A stretch of 64,000 nucleotides of DNA from Eledone cirrhosa (GCA_964016885.1 OZ024744.1:96906001-96970000), one strand, 5' to 3'. Positions 14,030 through 28,215 are shown, counted from the first letter of the stretch. Notes: a model not told the origin generated them from the letters alone. Made by a program: numbers and translations.

Positions 14030-14200
14030 ACAATCACCAAGGCGATAGTACACCACTACCAAGGTGATAATGACATTTGCCACTTCAGTCCAACCTTTCA
14101 GGAACAGATTTCTGTCAACTAATTTCTGAGTGTGTGTGATTAACCTCTTAATTAGCAAATATTTCCCCAGTTCTTGTCCAGCTGCAGGCCCAGAAAATAA
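14030..14200 (-). mobile_element. Old Tx1 ORF2 fragment
   Basis: RLITHTQKLVDRNLFLKGWTEVANVIITLVVVYYRL aligns by eye with RVASLTQKWAGMKLSLKGRAEVANAYITCVIYYRL in the 5782..7245 ORF. Confidence 0.7.
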
Positions 14201-14454
14201 AAGAGAACGTTACAAGTCAACGAATATGGATGAACGTAAATACCTTTCCAATCCATAAAGAAGCAAGAAACTGTCCGAAACAATAAATAAATGTATGTAA
14301 TAAAGGTCTTGCGAGAAATTCTATTCACAGCAACAAACTGCCCAAATAATGACAGACTGTTGAATGATACGATCTATTCACTATTAATGGTTTTATCGTG
14401 AAAACCTGGGATAAGTCCCTAATAAAAATTGAACTGAAACCAAAGAAAAAACAA

Positions 14455-14540
<86 letters not shown>

Positions 14541-14603
14541 ATATATATATATATGTGTGTATATATATATATATATATGCATATATATATGTATATATAT
14601 ATA

Positions 14604-14647
<44 letters not shown>

Positions 14648-15089
14648 ACACGAAGAAAAAAATAAAGGGTGAAACCTGTCATTACTTAGCGAAACGAAAA
14701 TAAAGAAACCAACATGAAAACTAAAATAACAATAAATAATACATTATCAATAAATACGAAGAAATAGGAGGCAAAAATATGGATAAAATAAATAAATAAA
14801 CTTAAACTCAGTATAGGAGCAAACGCATGCAGCATAAGATACTTGAAAATACGTGAACGCTCCTCCCATGATAATAAAATATTTCAATAGAATACAAAGC
14901 GTTTCTATACATTAACAAAAATAAAAAGAAAAGAAGAAAGAAAGAACTATAACACTAGAAGAAAGACACATCAATACCAACTGAAATTCAAGTGTCCTTG
15001 GAGGGAATATTGAGGAAATAAAATCAACACAATAAAAATTCACAATAGATTAAAGGGAGAAGATGAATAAATATATATATATATATATT

Positions 15090-17100
15090 ACCGTAGGCAT
15101 GATCCACCACAAACTGAAATATCTCATTGAGAACTGCAAGCAATCGGAAAGCACTTGGGATTAAGAAGGTCCCCAAATTTCTGGCTGGAGCACCCGATCA
15201 ATACCTAAAGATATACAGCAGCATTCAATAAAAGGGTAAACAGACCAGAATTAACACCTGAGTGGCTGGAGGGGAAACCAACATTAATTTCGCTAAATAT
15301 CGGAGATAAACAAAATGATTGACCTATAACTTGTTTGCAAAGAAACAGGAAAAGCTTTTACATCCAAACTCTACAACTGGCTGGTTACTATCCTGGAAGT
15401 CAATAGCATGTTACTAGAACAGATAGAATGTTAGAAACGACCACACGGGTGCGCAATATAGAAATAGTACCGGAAAAGAATGTATGTCAATGAAGAGTAG
15501 CTACTGTTGAGCCAAGCTATTATAGGGGGAATTATAAACATGGTCTGGATTGACTACCGAAAGGCATTTGAAAGAATTCTATATTAATGGGTACTGGAGA
15601 TATTCTACAAAAATAAATGCAACCTAATAATTCTTTCTAACTTTTCCGCAGTTGAATAAATCTGGTCTACTACTTAAATTGTACTTTATTTTATCGAGCC
15701 CGGTAAAATGAAAGGCAAAGTTGACCTCGACGGGATTTGAACTCAGAATGTAGAAGGTCTATCATTAGATATGAGGTTAGCGTCATATATCGACGGCAGA
15801 GTTGGAAGCTTTGGATCGCAAAATGAGAAAGCTGCTGATGATGTATGAGCACGTCATCCCAAGATAGATGTGGATGAATTATATATGAAAAGAGCAAATG
15901 GGGGTTGAGCTTTGATTGGGATAGAAGATTGTGTTAGAAGAGAAATGGAAGGTTTAGAACTATTCACACGCGCATAGAAAGGAGTTACTGAGGGCAGTTA
16001 ACGGAACAGATTTGTTAGGAAGTAACATTGGTGGCTAAAGTCAAGAAATGGTACAGAATGAACATGAAATTACATATGAAGACAAGACACTATACAGGTA
16101 TGTCACAAAAGTAACATGATGCGAGAGGAATAAACTCGTGGGATTGAACAAAGAAGAGAAATTTCAAAAAGAAAACAAAGAGCGCAATAATTGCAGCACA
16201 AGATCAGGCAATTTGTACGAATAACATTAAAACATCAGTATATGGAGGGGGTGTATGTCCTCTGAGTTGATTGTGTGGCAGTGTAGTTGAAACACTGGCA
16301 TACAATGTCTTACAGTGTCTGATACCTGCTCCAAATGAATTTAAGAAGGTGAGACATGATAATGTGGCCAAAGTAATCCACTGGAAACTGAGAGAAATGG
16401 GGGTTTGACAAGGTAAACAAATGGTACATGCACCAACTGGAGAAAGTATTGGAGTTGAAAGACTGCAAGAATTTATGGGATGGACAAATACATAGTGGTT
16501 TCTACTTTTGGCACAAAGCCAGCAATTATCCCAGTGCATTACTGGTACTTTATTTTATCGACCCCCGTAAGGATGAAAGGCAAAGTTAACCTCGGCGGGA
16601 TTTGAAGACACATCGTAAAGGATGCTTCAAAGCATGACGTCAGACCCTCTACCGTTAGTGATAGTGATAAACAGTTAGATGATAATAGAGCTGACTTTTC
16701 TGTAATTGAAAAGAAAAACAAAACGTGTCAGTTGATAGACTCAGCTTGTCCATGTGATACATCCATTGGAGGGAAAGAAGGAAAGTGCACAAATTACGAA
16801 ATCCTGAAGTATGAAATTTCAAGAATGTGGAAGATGAAAAAGGTGGAAGTGATACCAGTAATTGTTGGCGCCTTGGGGACGATCACAAAGGATGTCGATG
16901 AATTGATAAAAAAAAATAACTAGCTAATATTGAATTTTACAGTGGAAACGTTACAGAAATCTTGTTTGATTTGAAATCTAGGATAATACGAAAGGCATTG
17001 GATATAAAATAAATAGAGAGGGAAGATCATGATAGTTAAGACCACTGGATGTGGTCGCTACCTTGACTAAACCAGGCATTAAGGTCAATCCTGAGGCAGG
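15090..17100 (+). mobile_element. Old degenerate R4/Dong-like RLE LINE with nested SINEs
   Basis: Remnants WIDYRKAF, IIAAQDQAI, RHDNVAKVIHW, IDSACPCD...KYEISRMW...IPVIVGALG. The 3' end abuts (TGA)n. Confidence 0.75.
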
Positions 17101-17125
17101 GCATGATGATGATGATGATGATAAT

Positions 17126-17740
17126 AATTGTTTCTAGTTTAGGCACAAGGCCAGCAATTACCCAGTGTATTACTGGTACTTTATTTTATCGACCCCGTAA
17201 GGATGAAAGGCAACGTCAACCTCGGCGGGATTTGAACTCAGACCGTAAAGGGACGTAACTACGCTGGAAAGCATGGCGTCCGACCCTCTACCGATACTGG
17301 CAATCCACCGCCCTCATGATGATGAGGATAATAATAATAACTGTTTCTACTTTTAACACAAGGCCATAAAATATCCCAGTGTATTACTGGTACTTTATTT
17401 TATCGATCCCCGTAAGGATGAAAGGAGAAGTTAACCTCGGTGGGATTTGAACTCAGACCATAAATGGCCGTAACTCTTTGCAGCAAAGCATGGCATCCGA
17501 CCCTCTACCGATACTGCCAATACTGCCAACCCACCGCAATAATAACAATTGTTTCAGATTTAAGCACAAGGCCAACAATTTTTGTTTGAGGGGAAAGTCG
17601 ATTAAATCGAAACCAGTGCATTACTGGTACTTTATTTTATTCAATCCCATACGGATGAAAGGCAAAGCTAACCTAGGTAGGATTTGAAGTCAGAATGTAA
17701 AGAACCGTAATTCTATGCCACAAAGCATGTTGTCAGATAC
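17126..17740 (-). mobile_element. Three tandem SINE A copies
   Basis: Same consensus as above. Further single copies at 1-136, 8430-8600, 15672-15755, 16497-16655, 19490-19652, 24503-24685, 31420-31612, 33063-33275, 42885-43068, 47690-48245, 53854-54033 and 63028-63180. Confidence 0.85.
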
Positions 17741-17959
17741 CAGAGCTACACGCGGTTTGTGTCAGGGATGAGTTTATGTTCATTTTTTTTTTTTGTGTTT
17801 CAGTGATTTCGTTTACATGTTTTGTTCCCTCGATTGGATAAGGTAATTGCCTAGAAGACCAGGCAGAATTTATTTCGCAGATGGATCGGCAAAGGACGTT
17901 TTCAAATCTTTAAAGTAATCATTTTTCATAAGCTGCACGTTTTCTAAAAATGGCGAAGA

Positions 17960-18225
17960 GAGCGAAAGTAACACAGAGGAGACTGTTGTTAGCTGGACAT
18001 GCTCACCGACATTCAGAGTTGACACTGCATTCATTTCTCCTGTGGGAGCCCCTGCACGGACACACTAGAAGAGGGAAACCGAGGTTGACATAAATTGATG
18101 CCCTAAGGACAGACACTGGTCTCTTGGAGACGCAGGGCATGCCAGCAATGATGAGGGACAGATACCGCTGGAGAGAACTCGCCGATGGATCTCAAGAATT
18201 TTACCCGCCCTTGACAGATAGATAG
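17960..18225 (+). mobile_element. RTE-type LINE 3' fragment
   Basis: Own translation RRLLLAGHAHRHSELTLHSFLLWEPLHGHTRRGKPRLT*IDALRTDTG...DRYRWR, followed by a short (GATA) tail. Confidence 0.7.
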
Positions 18226-18911
18226 CGTGGTTATTTGAAATAGATTTGTATATGATTTTAAAAGATGTTTTGTTTTTAATAAATTATTTATTTTGTACAT
18301 AAAACAACACCTGATGAAATACATATTCACACATACACACTTACGTATACTCGCACAAAAATACACACACATAATTTCACTAATTAGATTTAATTTAAAA
18401 GTTAAAATTTCAAGTTAAAAATTTTAACTCATTGTTTTTTTTATCCGTCGCATTGTACTTGAAGCTAGTAATGTTTGAATATTAACACGTTTATCACCTT
18501 TTTCAGCTTCTGCAAGAAAGCTTTCTTTTAACTAATTCTTTGCAGTTTCTACGTACCTTTGAATGAGTCTTAATTTGTTTTCTCATTTTCATAGTTTTAC
18601 TGAATAGTTTCATTTTGTTTCATTATCTTAATTTGCGCTTCAGAACTTAAAGACATTTAATGCTTGTCTAGGTTTTAACGTAATTTAAACATTATTTAAA
18701 GTTTTCTACTTAATTATAATGCAGTTAGTATAAATCAAATGAACACAGGCATTATTGCTTTTTCATAATGCTGTTTTTTTTTTGTGTAATATAATATTAA
18801 ATTTACTCTCATTGTATATTCTATAATTTCTGTCTTACGTTGCTTTCATTACCGCTTTGTAGGGGTATATGTGTTTCTATCAACAGTGAAACTTTCCAAA
18901 TATACTTTACA

Positions 18912-19135
18912 CGGCCCCTTAGCTTAACGGTCAAAGCATCTAGTCGGTATCTGGGAGATATGGGGTTCAATTTCTCATAGAATTCGATGAGAACTTCTTT
19001 GTGAGACTCGGATTCACGACCTCGATATTAAGAGCCTTGTTTTCTACGCATTGGGCTAACAACATTCAATTATATATGGAATTAAGTTCGCCCAATATCA
19101 GACCCGAACCCACGACCCCGAGCTTTACAGTTTAT
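18912..19135. pseudogene. Cluster of three degenerate tRNA-like sequences (one plus-strand; two Lys-like on minus)
   Basis: 18912-18985 (+): GGCCCCTTAGCTTAACGGTCAAAGCA...GGTTCAATT. ~19000-19060 (-): TAGCCCAATGCGTAGA...CTCTTAAT..GGTCGTGAATCCGAGTCTCAC. ~19089-19135 (-): GGGTCGTGGGTTCGGGTC...TTGGGCG. Confidence 0.55.
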
Positions 19136-19846
19136 CTTCCATTCTAGGCTTTCTTTATCCCCAAACATTAAGATATTTGTATAACCTGCATTTGGCCTCA
19201 TAAATTACGGACGTTTTACCTGGGTAAATAAGATATCATATTTATATTTCACTTACACGAATTTCTTATATAGTGCCTCGGAGAGTTGATATTGGGTGTT
19301 CTTTTAAATAAATTTTGAAATGGTTATTTAAATTAATGTCTCACAATTAAATACTGTAAATGCACTTGCATATTCCATCTTAATCCGCCCTTCTTTACTT
19401 CGTCTCAATGTTTCATTAGTGTACGCAGGTTACAGCACTCAACGAAATATACAAATATGTCTGCGTACTCCGGAGTATAATTATATAAAATTGGCCAGCA
19501 ATCATACCAGTGTATTACTGGTGATTTATTTTATCGACCCCCGTAAGGATGAAAGGCAAAGTTAACCTCGGTGGGATTTGAACTCAGACCATAAAGGGCC
19601 GCAACTCTTGCTACAAAGCATGGCGTCCGACCCTCTACCGATACTGCCAATCAAATAATTATAATAAGGAAGTACAAGTCAACAAGTTAGAATTTACCTC
19701 ATTTATTGGTTACACAATTTGATGTTGTACTTATTTTGATGATAGCTCTTATGCAACATTTATGACAACTATTCCACAGCAGCGTCGAAATGGCTTGATC
19801 TCTGCCGTCGGGGTCATACTTGTTCTCATATATATATATATATATT

Positions 19847-20130
19847 TGCAGATCCAGTATCCAAGATTCACCTTCAGCTTCATACCCATCATTATTGGAT
19901 CTACAGGTTATATACCAACACGCTTGTACCAAAGTATAACTGAACTTGGATTTGTAGACAAAGAGCGCAGCTCCCTAATTCAGAGATTTTAAGTGGCTGC
20001 GGTAGCTGGCACCTTAAAAATTTGCAAAACATTCTTGCGATTCAAGGGATTACAATTTCTTTTCTTTTACAACCTTGCCACCAGGAAGGTGGCCGGTCAA
20101 AAATATACTCGAAATTAAGAGAAAGAGAAA
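19847..20130 (+). mobile_element. Truncated 3' end of the same (TACA)n-associated RLE LINE (further stubs at ~22416-22495, ~23005-23085, ~23170-23412)
   Basis: Near-identical 3' end sequence repeated, each copy followed by (TACA)n. Confidence 0.85.
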
Positions 20131-20264
20131 GAACATATACATACACACATAATACATACATACATACATACATACATACATACATACATACATACATACA
20201 TACATACATACATACATACATACATACATACATACATACATACATACATACATACATACATACA

Positions 20265-21690
20265 ATACAACCTCTACAGTCAGGTGACAACTACAGATAT
20301 CTTGGACAGGATGAGAATGTCAGATATGATGGACCCATAAATAAGGAGAGAACCAGAACTGAATACCTCAGAAGAGTAAAGAAAATATGGTCATCAGAAC
20401 TGTCAGCGTACAACAAATACATTGCCCACAATACTTATGGTGTGCCAATTCTAACGCTAACATTTGGCCTGCTGAACTGGTCATTGCAAGAACTAAGTGA
20501 GATGGATGTTAGAACTCGCAAACTTCTCAGTGTTGCTGGGAACTTTAACATCAATGGTGATGTGGATAGGCTATACTTCTCACGCAAGGAAGGTGGCCGG
20601 GGTCTAAAATCCATATTAACAACATATGAGACCCAGATAGTAACACTGAAGCAACACCTTCAACAGAGGAAAAAGGTTGGCAACCATCTTGCCCAGGTTT
20701 ATGAGCATGAAAAAAAAATCATTAGAATAGCGACTGATCTGGAGGAGAGATATGGAATAAAGCCTGATATAAATCTCTCACCCAGAGAAATCGGAGGATC
20801 CTATTCAATGTTCAAACAAGAAGAAAAAATTGACCAATTTACAGAAAAAGTTGTGCATGGATAATTGAGACGTAAAACATAGACCATAGAGGGGATAAAC
20901 AACTCAAAAAGCCTAGCATAGAGTTCCGACAAGTTTATGACATCACACCTTGAGGGATATCTCTATGCAATATAGGAAGAAGAACTCCCTACAAAATATC
21001 TGCTGCACAAAAGGGGAGGGCCAGCAGCTGACAATAAATGTAGGCTATGTAAAACAAAGACCGAGGATGTAAGCCACATTGTTGCCAGCTGCGAAAGAAT
21101 GTCATCTCGCTGTACCTCCCCATGAGACACGATGGGATAGCTAGAACCATCTGGAACGCACTTCGGAAAACAAAATTAACAACAAACGAGGAAGAATATA
21201 TTGAGACAGATGGCACTAAGGAATACTGGTGGAACCTGAAACTAAAAACTGCCACCAAATTAAAGCACAACCGGCCTGATATTGTTGATTGGGACCACAC
21301 ATTGAAAACGTGTTCTGTTGTGGAGATCAGCTGCCCACTTGATGTAAACGTTGTCAGAAAAATACAGGAGAAGGAGGACATCTACGGACCATTGATGAGG
21401 AGTTTACAAATCCAGTATCCAAGATACACCTTTAGCTTCATACCCATCATTATTGGAGCTACGGGTTATATACCAACCCGCTTGGACCAAAGTATGACTG
21501 AACTTGGATTTGCGCACAAAGAGCGCAGCTCCCTAATTCATAGTCTACAAATGGCTGCGATAGCTGGCACCTTCAAAATTTGCAAAACATTCTTGCGATT
21601 CAAGGGATGACAATTTCTTTTCTTTTGCAACCTTGCCACCAGGAAGGTGGCCGGTCAAAACAATATACTCGAAATTAAGAGAAAGAGATA
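20265..21690 (+). mobile_element. RLE-type LINE 3' half inserted in (TACA)n
   Basis: YRYLG, GGRGL, RHD, NRPDIV..EISCPLD..KEDIY..PIIIGATG. The short 3'UTR ends AAATTAAGAGAAAGAGA. (TACA)n lies on both sides. Confidence 0.88.
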
Positions 21691-23901
21691 ATAACATACA
21701 AACATACATACATACATACATACCTACATACATACATACATACATACATACATACATACATACATACATACATACATACATACATACATACATACATACA
21801 TACATACATACATACATACATACATACATACATACATACATACATACATACATACATACATACATACATGCATGCATACAAACATACATACATGATGGCT
21901 GCAAGCTCTAAGAGTATTGCAATCGCTTGTCAGATTACAGAAAATGGTAAACGTTTAGGCTATGGCCAGCAACACGAACCTGTAACATATCCTGAACAAG
22001 CAATGCCTGTGCTTTGAAGGTTTTTTTTAAGTGGGCCTTGCACTTGACCGATCCCACTCTCTGAGCATCGAAGAGACTGCCCAAAGAGAAGAACTGGTCA
22101 ACATCATCAGATGCTTCTGAAGCCGCAGATTTTTTTCAGAGTTTCCATCTCTTAGAAAGGTGTTTTGACAACAACTGGGGGCCTTTAACTCCCACATACA
22201 TACATGCATACGTACATACATACATATATATATACCTATATACATGAATACATGCTTAACATACATACATACATACATACATACATACATACATACATAC
22301 ATGCATGCATGCATGCATGCATGCATACATACATACATACATACATACATACATACATACATACATACATACATACATACATACATACATACATACATAC
22401 ATACATACATACATACAATTTCTTTTCTTTTACAATCTTGCCACCAGGAAGGTGACCGGTCAAACATATACTCGAAATTAAGAGAAAGAGAGAACAAACA
22501 TACGTACATACATGCATACATGGTGGCTGCCAACTCGTTTTCGAGTACGGCCACTACTTTATAATCATGTAGGAGAACCCCTACCGATGCGCTGAACGAG
22601 TGTGACTTTTTAGTCCAGCCAGCGACTTGAAAACTCTGGTACAAACACGACACTTGTGACAATTATTGACACATAGTGCTGGGCCCATGGTAACATGTGA
22701 TGACAAGTGCAGAGAGATCTCCAGATATAAAACAATACCTGTGCCGTGAAGCTTTTATAGTGAGCAAAGGCACTGCACAAAGCCAGTCCCACTCTCTTAA
22801 CCAAGATGATATTTACCAAAAAGAAGAACAAGTCAAAATCATTGGATACCATCAGAGTTGCAGGTGTTATATCAGAGTTTTCCTTCATGCAAACGTACAT
22901 ACATATATACATACATATATATATACCTATATACATTATACCTATATACATAAATACATGATTAACATACATACATGCATACATATATACATGCATGCAT
23001 ACATACAATTTCTTTTCTTTTAAAACCTTGCCACCAGGAAGGTGGCCGGTCAAAAATATACTCGAAATTAAGAGAAAGAGAGAACATACATACGTACATA
23101 CATGCATACATACATACATACATACATACATACATACATACATACATACATACATACATACATACATACATCATTATTGGTGCTACGGGTTATATACCAA
23201 CCCGCTTGGACCAAAGTATGACCGAACTTGGATTTGCGGACAAAAAGCGCAGCTCCCTAATTCATAGTCTACAAATGGCTGCGATAGCTGGCACCTTCAA
23301 AATATGCAAAACATTCTTGCGATTCAAGGGATGACAATTTCTTTTCTTTTACAACCTTGCCACCAGGAAGGTGGCCGGTCAAAAAAATATACTCGAAATT
23401 AAGAGAAAGAGAAAACATACATACATACATACATACATACACACATGCATGCATACAAACATACATACATGATGGCTGCAAGCTCTAAGAGTATTGCAAT
23501 CGCTTGTCAGATTACAGAAAATGGTAAACGTTTAGGCTATGGCCAGCAACACGAACCTGTAACATATCCTGAACAAGCAATGCCTGTGCTTTGAAGGTTT
23601 TTTTAAGTGGGTCTTGCACTTGACCGATCCCACTCTCTGAGCATCGAAGAGACTGCCCAAAGAGAAGAACTGGTCAACATCATCAGATGCTTCTGAAGCC
23701 GCAGATTTTTTTCAGAGTTTCCATCTCTTAGAAAGGTGTTTTGACAACAACTGGGGGCCTTTAACTCCCACATACATACATGCATACGTACATACATACA
23801 TATATATATACCTATATACATGAATACATGCTTAACATACATACATACATACATACATACATACATACATACATACATACATACATACATACATACATAC
23901 A

Positions 23902-23932
<31 letters not shown>

Positions 23933-25645
23933 GCGTATATACACTTGCAGTGGTTCTTAAAAGTTCAAGCTATTTGAAAAGAAACAAAATGAATGCAAAT
24001 GTATCAAAGTCTCAGCAGCAATAAATATCACAGTGTACATTCCTAACGAATTTTTCTAAAAAGTAGTCTTCGTTGTCTTTTGTACGCGAGCATATACGCA
24101 CATACACACGCATGCGCAGCAACACACACGCCAAGCATGTCAGTCTCATCCTACAGCCGTCAAATCCCAACGTTGATCAGCTCAGACGCGCATGCACACA
24201 TACAAACACACTAAAACATATACAGTAATCCCTCAAATAAAGTCATGGTCTGACGCACATCACGAGCTTCCCCCCTTATGCAAGCTTTGTACAAACAAAT
24301 ATACTTTGGTGCGTTATATTTGTGAGGTACCTATTAATGGTTAATAGCATTTATTATTTGTGGTGGATTGGCAGTATCGGTAGAGGGTCGCTTGTCAGAT
24401 TACAGAAAATGGTAAACGTTTAGGTTATGGCCAGCCACACGAACCTGTAACATATCCTGAACAAGCAATGCCTGTGCTTTGAAGCTTTTTTTAAGTGGTT
24501 TGCGGTGGATTGGCAGTATCGGTAGAGGGTCGGACGCCATGCTTTCCAGCATAGTTACGTCCCTTTACGATCTGAGTTCAAATCCCTCCGAGGTTGACTT
24601 TGCCTTTCATCCTTACGGGGTCGATAAAATAAAGTACCAGTAATGCACTGGGTAATTGCTGGCCTTGTGCCAAAAGTAGAAACAAGTATTTGTGGTTATA
24701 TTTCCATTCTTGGATGTATTGCAGCATAACAGCACATTCTGCTTCCCAGCATCTTTTATTAAACAGTGAAATAAAGCTCTGAATATTTGGAACGAAAGAA
24801 TATTCGGATAAGATAATCCAAGCTTAAAATCATCAATGTAGAGTAGACAGATCTTAAATAGAGCTTGGAGCAGATGTTACATTATGAGAACATTCGAACA
24901 GAATAGATATGGATAGAGTCTGGTGGATTTAAGAATATGTTAGAACTGATGAAGCAACGTGGTAAATGTTTAAGATAAATATTCATTTCTGTCTGCTTTC
25001 ATATTTATATCCCTTTCGATAATTCTTCAACATTTTAACCTCGTTTTCAATCTTCCACTTCTCAAAATGGCTGTCTAACAGCAACACACACTTTCTCTCC
25101 TATCTATCCTTTCTCCCGTTTACTTTCATGTATCGTTCTTTTTTCCCTTCTCCTTCTCAAGCATCTTCTCTTCTCCCTCCCAAACATGTTCTCTTCTCCT
25201 TCCCAAACATGTTCTCTTCTCCTACTAAGATTATACTCAGAGTGAAGGCGTGTGGCTGAGTGGTTAGAGAATTGGATTCGCAATCGTGAGGTGAGTTTGA
25301 TTCCCGGACCGGGTGATGCGTTATGTCCTTGAGCAAGACACTTTATTTCACGTTGCTCCTTCTACCTGGAGTTGCGACCGATAGATAGTATTAGCAATTG
25401 GAAAGACTAATGGAAATATTGTTTCCTCGGTCCGATTTGATAAAAGTCGATCGTTCCTATATATATATATGTGTATATTAACATCTCTGGATGACGAACG
25501 ATCCAGACGTTTATTATTATATTCTGTGATCCAGAAACCTTTGGTAATGAAGTAGTTATATTTTGTGTTGTTCACTTTCTAATTAAATAGCTCTGTTCTA
25601 TACATAGAGCACTCTTTTTTCCTTTGCTTTTCCTTCGGAATTATC

Positions 25646-25785
<140 letters not shown>

Positions 25786-26417
25786 GCAGTAGTAAAATCT
25801 GCATTTGTAAGGAAATATTACATTGAAACGATCGTTCAGTAATTTTAACATCCATCTGTAATTAAAAGCACAGCCAACGCTCTACAGTAAAACTGTATGC
25901 ACTCTCAACAGGTGATTGCAGCTGCACACCTGCAATTCACTGGATTTGTTGAGTGAGCTAGATTAACATCCTAAACTTTAATCTGTTATTTTAATAAATA
26001 AATAAATATAATATATGTGTGTGTGTGAAGATATGGATAAGCTGAATGTATTATAGTTATCATAAATCAATGCAAGTCAAAACACTCGAACGTGGTGAGA
26101 CATTGTGTAATGTCAGGATAATTGAAGACAAAAAGTATTACAGAGCAAAATATAATATTAGAGAACAATTAACCATATATGTATATATAAATATAAATGA
26201 ATAAATATATAAAAATATATATACACACATATGTATATATATGTAAAATTATTAACATTTATAAATGTTTTTCGTTTGATATATATATTGTGTGTATATA
26301 TACACATATATTATTACAACAGATTAAGAGGTTAATTTCTGCTTTCACCCAAAGCGAGATCTACATGCATACATACATAAACACCTACATACATACACAC
26401 TTACATACATGCATATA

Positions 26418-26760
26418 TGGTGGCTGCCAACTCGTTTTCGAGTACGGCCACTACTTTATATCCTTTATACCCCTACCGATGCGCTGAACGAGTGTGACTT
26501 TTTAGTCCAGCCAGCGACTTGAAAACCCTGGTACAAACACTACACTTGTGACAAATATTGACACATAGTGCTGGGCCCATGGTACCATGTGACGATAAGT
26601 GCAGAGAGATCTCCAGATATAAAGCAATGCCTGTGCCGTGAAGCTTTTATAGTGAGCAAAGGCACTGCACAAAGCCAGTCCCACTCTCTCAAAGTCACCC
26701 TCCTCACCAAGAAACCTTGCCAGTTTAGTCGCCAACGACCCGACCATGAGACATGGTCAT
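26418..26760 (-). mobile_element. Short internally deleted RTE-like non-autonomous element (related copy 22521-22880; diverged relatives 21895-22190 and 23472-23770)
   Basis: Minus strand reads: leader fragment, RVGLA..SAF, C2H2-like CSVCTRVFKSLAGLKSHTR, then a hairpin tail CTCGAAAACGAG. Confidence 0.55.
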
Positions 26761-26874
26761 ACATACATACATACATAGACATACATACATACATTCATAG
26801 ATACACACATCTTTACACACACACATACATGCATATTTACATACATCCATACAGGCATACATACATACATACAT

Positions 26875-27105
26875 TATGCAGAACTGATGAGAAATCTGCA
26901 GATACTCCACCCTGATTACACCTTCAGATTTATGCCTGTGATTGTTGCGGCACTGGGATATGTTAGTAACTGCCTCAATACAAATCTTGAGAAGCTGGGC
27001 TTCACAGGAACAGAAATAATACAACTAGTTAGGAAATTACAATTACTATCCATTAATGGAACAGTAAAAATATGTAAAACATTCCAAAAATTTTGCATGT
27101 AATAA
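26875..27105 (+). mobile_element. RLE LINE C-terminal fragment (related older copy at ~43085-43387)
   Basis: MRNLQILHPDYTFRFMPVIVAALG...GTVKICKTF is homologous to the end of the 21122..21610 ORF. Confidence 0.75.
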
Positions 27106-27892
27106 CTGCATGTACACATGTACAGATACAAAGCATATACACATGCACACATACAACTCAAAACATCCACATCCACACATACAATAACATCCATATCTAC
27201 ACATGCATACATGCAGACATACATACATATCTACCTAGTTGATGTTGTGTAAATTCCAATGCGAGTCTTGTGTCTATGTTAAAAACCGACTCTCTCTCTA
27301 TTGGTAAAACTTTGTGAAATTATAATACATATATACATATATACATACATATATACATATATACATATATACATACATATACACGTATTTACATACACAA
27401 GCAAACACGTGCATGTTTCTGTAGATGTCATATTCGACCTGACTGTTCCCATCCTGTTCTAAATAGCACACTGAACCATTTAGTAGAGCTGATTGATTTT
27501 ACATTTTTTGTTTTCGTTTTTTTTTTTTACTTTTTACACTTGTTTCATTGAGAATTCTACCAATCAACATGGTTTCTCTGTTGCTTTTGACGTATTACAT
27601 TCTTCTTTGTTGCTACAATATGTCGTTATAAAACCTAAAGGCCGCCGACAGTGAACGTAATAATGGGTCGCTAGTTTACACACGTGAACACTCACTCAGT
27701 TATACGGAAAATAACGAAGAAAATGAAGGAAAAAAAAAAGGTTTTCCTTCCTATTTTCAATAAATTAATTCCAGAGACAGATAGCAGGGCAGCAGTTTAC
27801 ATACTTATTTTTATTAAATTTCTTTTTTTTTAAATTCATAAAAATATGGAATAATGTACGAACGCTCTGAAGATGAAAAGAATCAGTGGATA

Positions 27893-28190
27893 TTTTTGTA
27901 GTAGGAACTATTATTTTGTAGTAGGAGCTATTATTTTGTAGTAGGAGCTATTATTTTGTAGTAGGAGCTATTATTTTGTAGTAGGAGCTATTATTTTGTA
28001 GTAGGAGCTATTATGTTGTAGTAGGAGCTATTATGTTGTAGTAGGAGCTATTATGTTGTAGTAGGAGCTATTATTTTGTAGTAGGAGCTATTATGTTGTA
28101 GTAGGAGCTATTATTTTGTAGTAGGAGCTATTATTTTGTAGTAGGAGCTATTATTTTGTAGTAGGGGCTATTATGTTATAGTAGGAGCTA
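27893..28190 (+). repeat. Minisatellite, 20-bp unit x ~15
   Basis: Unit TTATTTTGTAGTAGGAGCTA, with variant TTATGTTGTA... Confidence 0.95.
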
Positions 28191-28215
28191 ATATCATTCT
28201 TATTATGGATTAACA

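Noticed and set aside
24060-24330. CpG-richer patch with CGCATGCGC (NRF1-like) motifs as a promoter
   Set aside because: The motifs sit in CA/TG-repeat-like sequence and no downstream exon was identified.
25480-25555. CTGGATGA...GAAACCTTTGGTA (and similar at 62630-62695) as hammerheads
   Set aside because: Extra nucleotide in the core and poor stem I/II; too degenerate to call.
27893-28190. CRISPR-like regular repeats (also 34068-34853 and 43712-44250)
   Set aside because: Units are contiguous with no unique spacers, there are no cas genes, and the context is eukaryotic.
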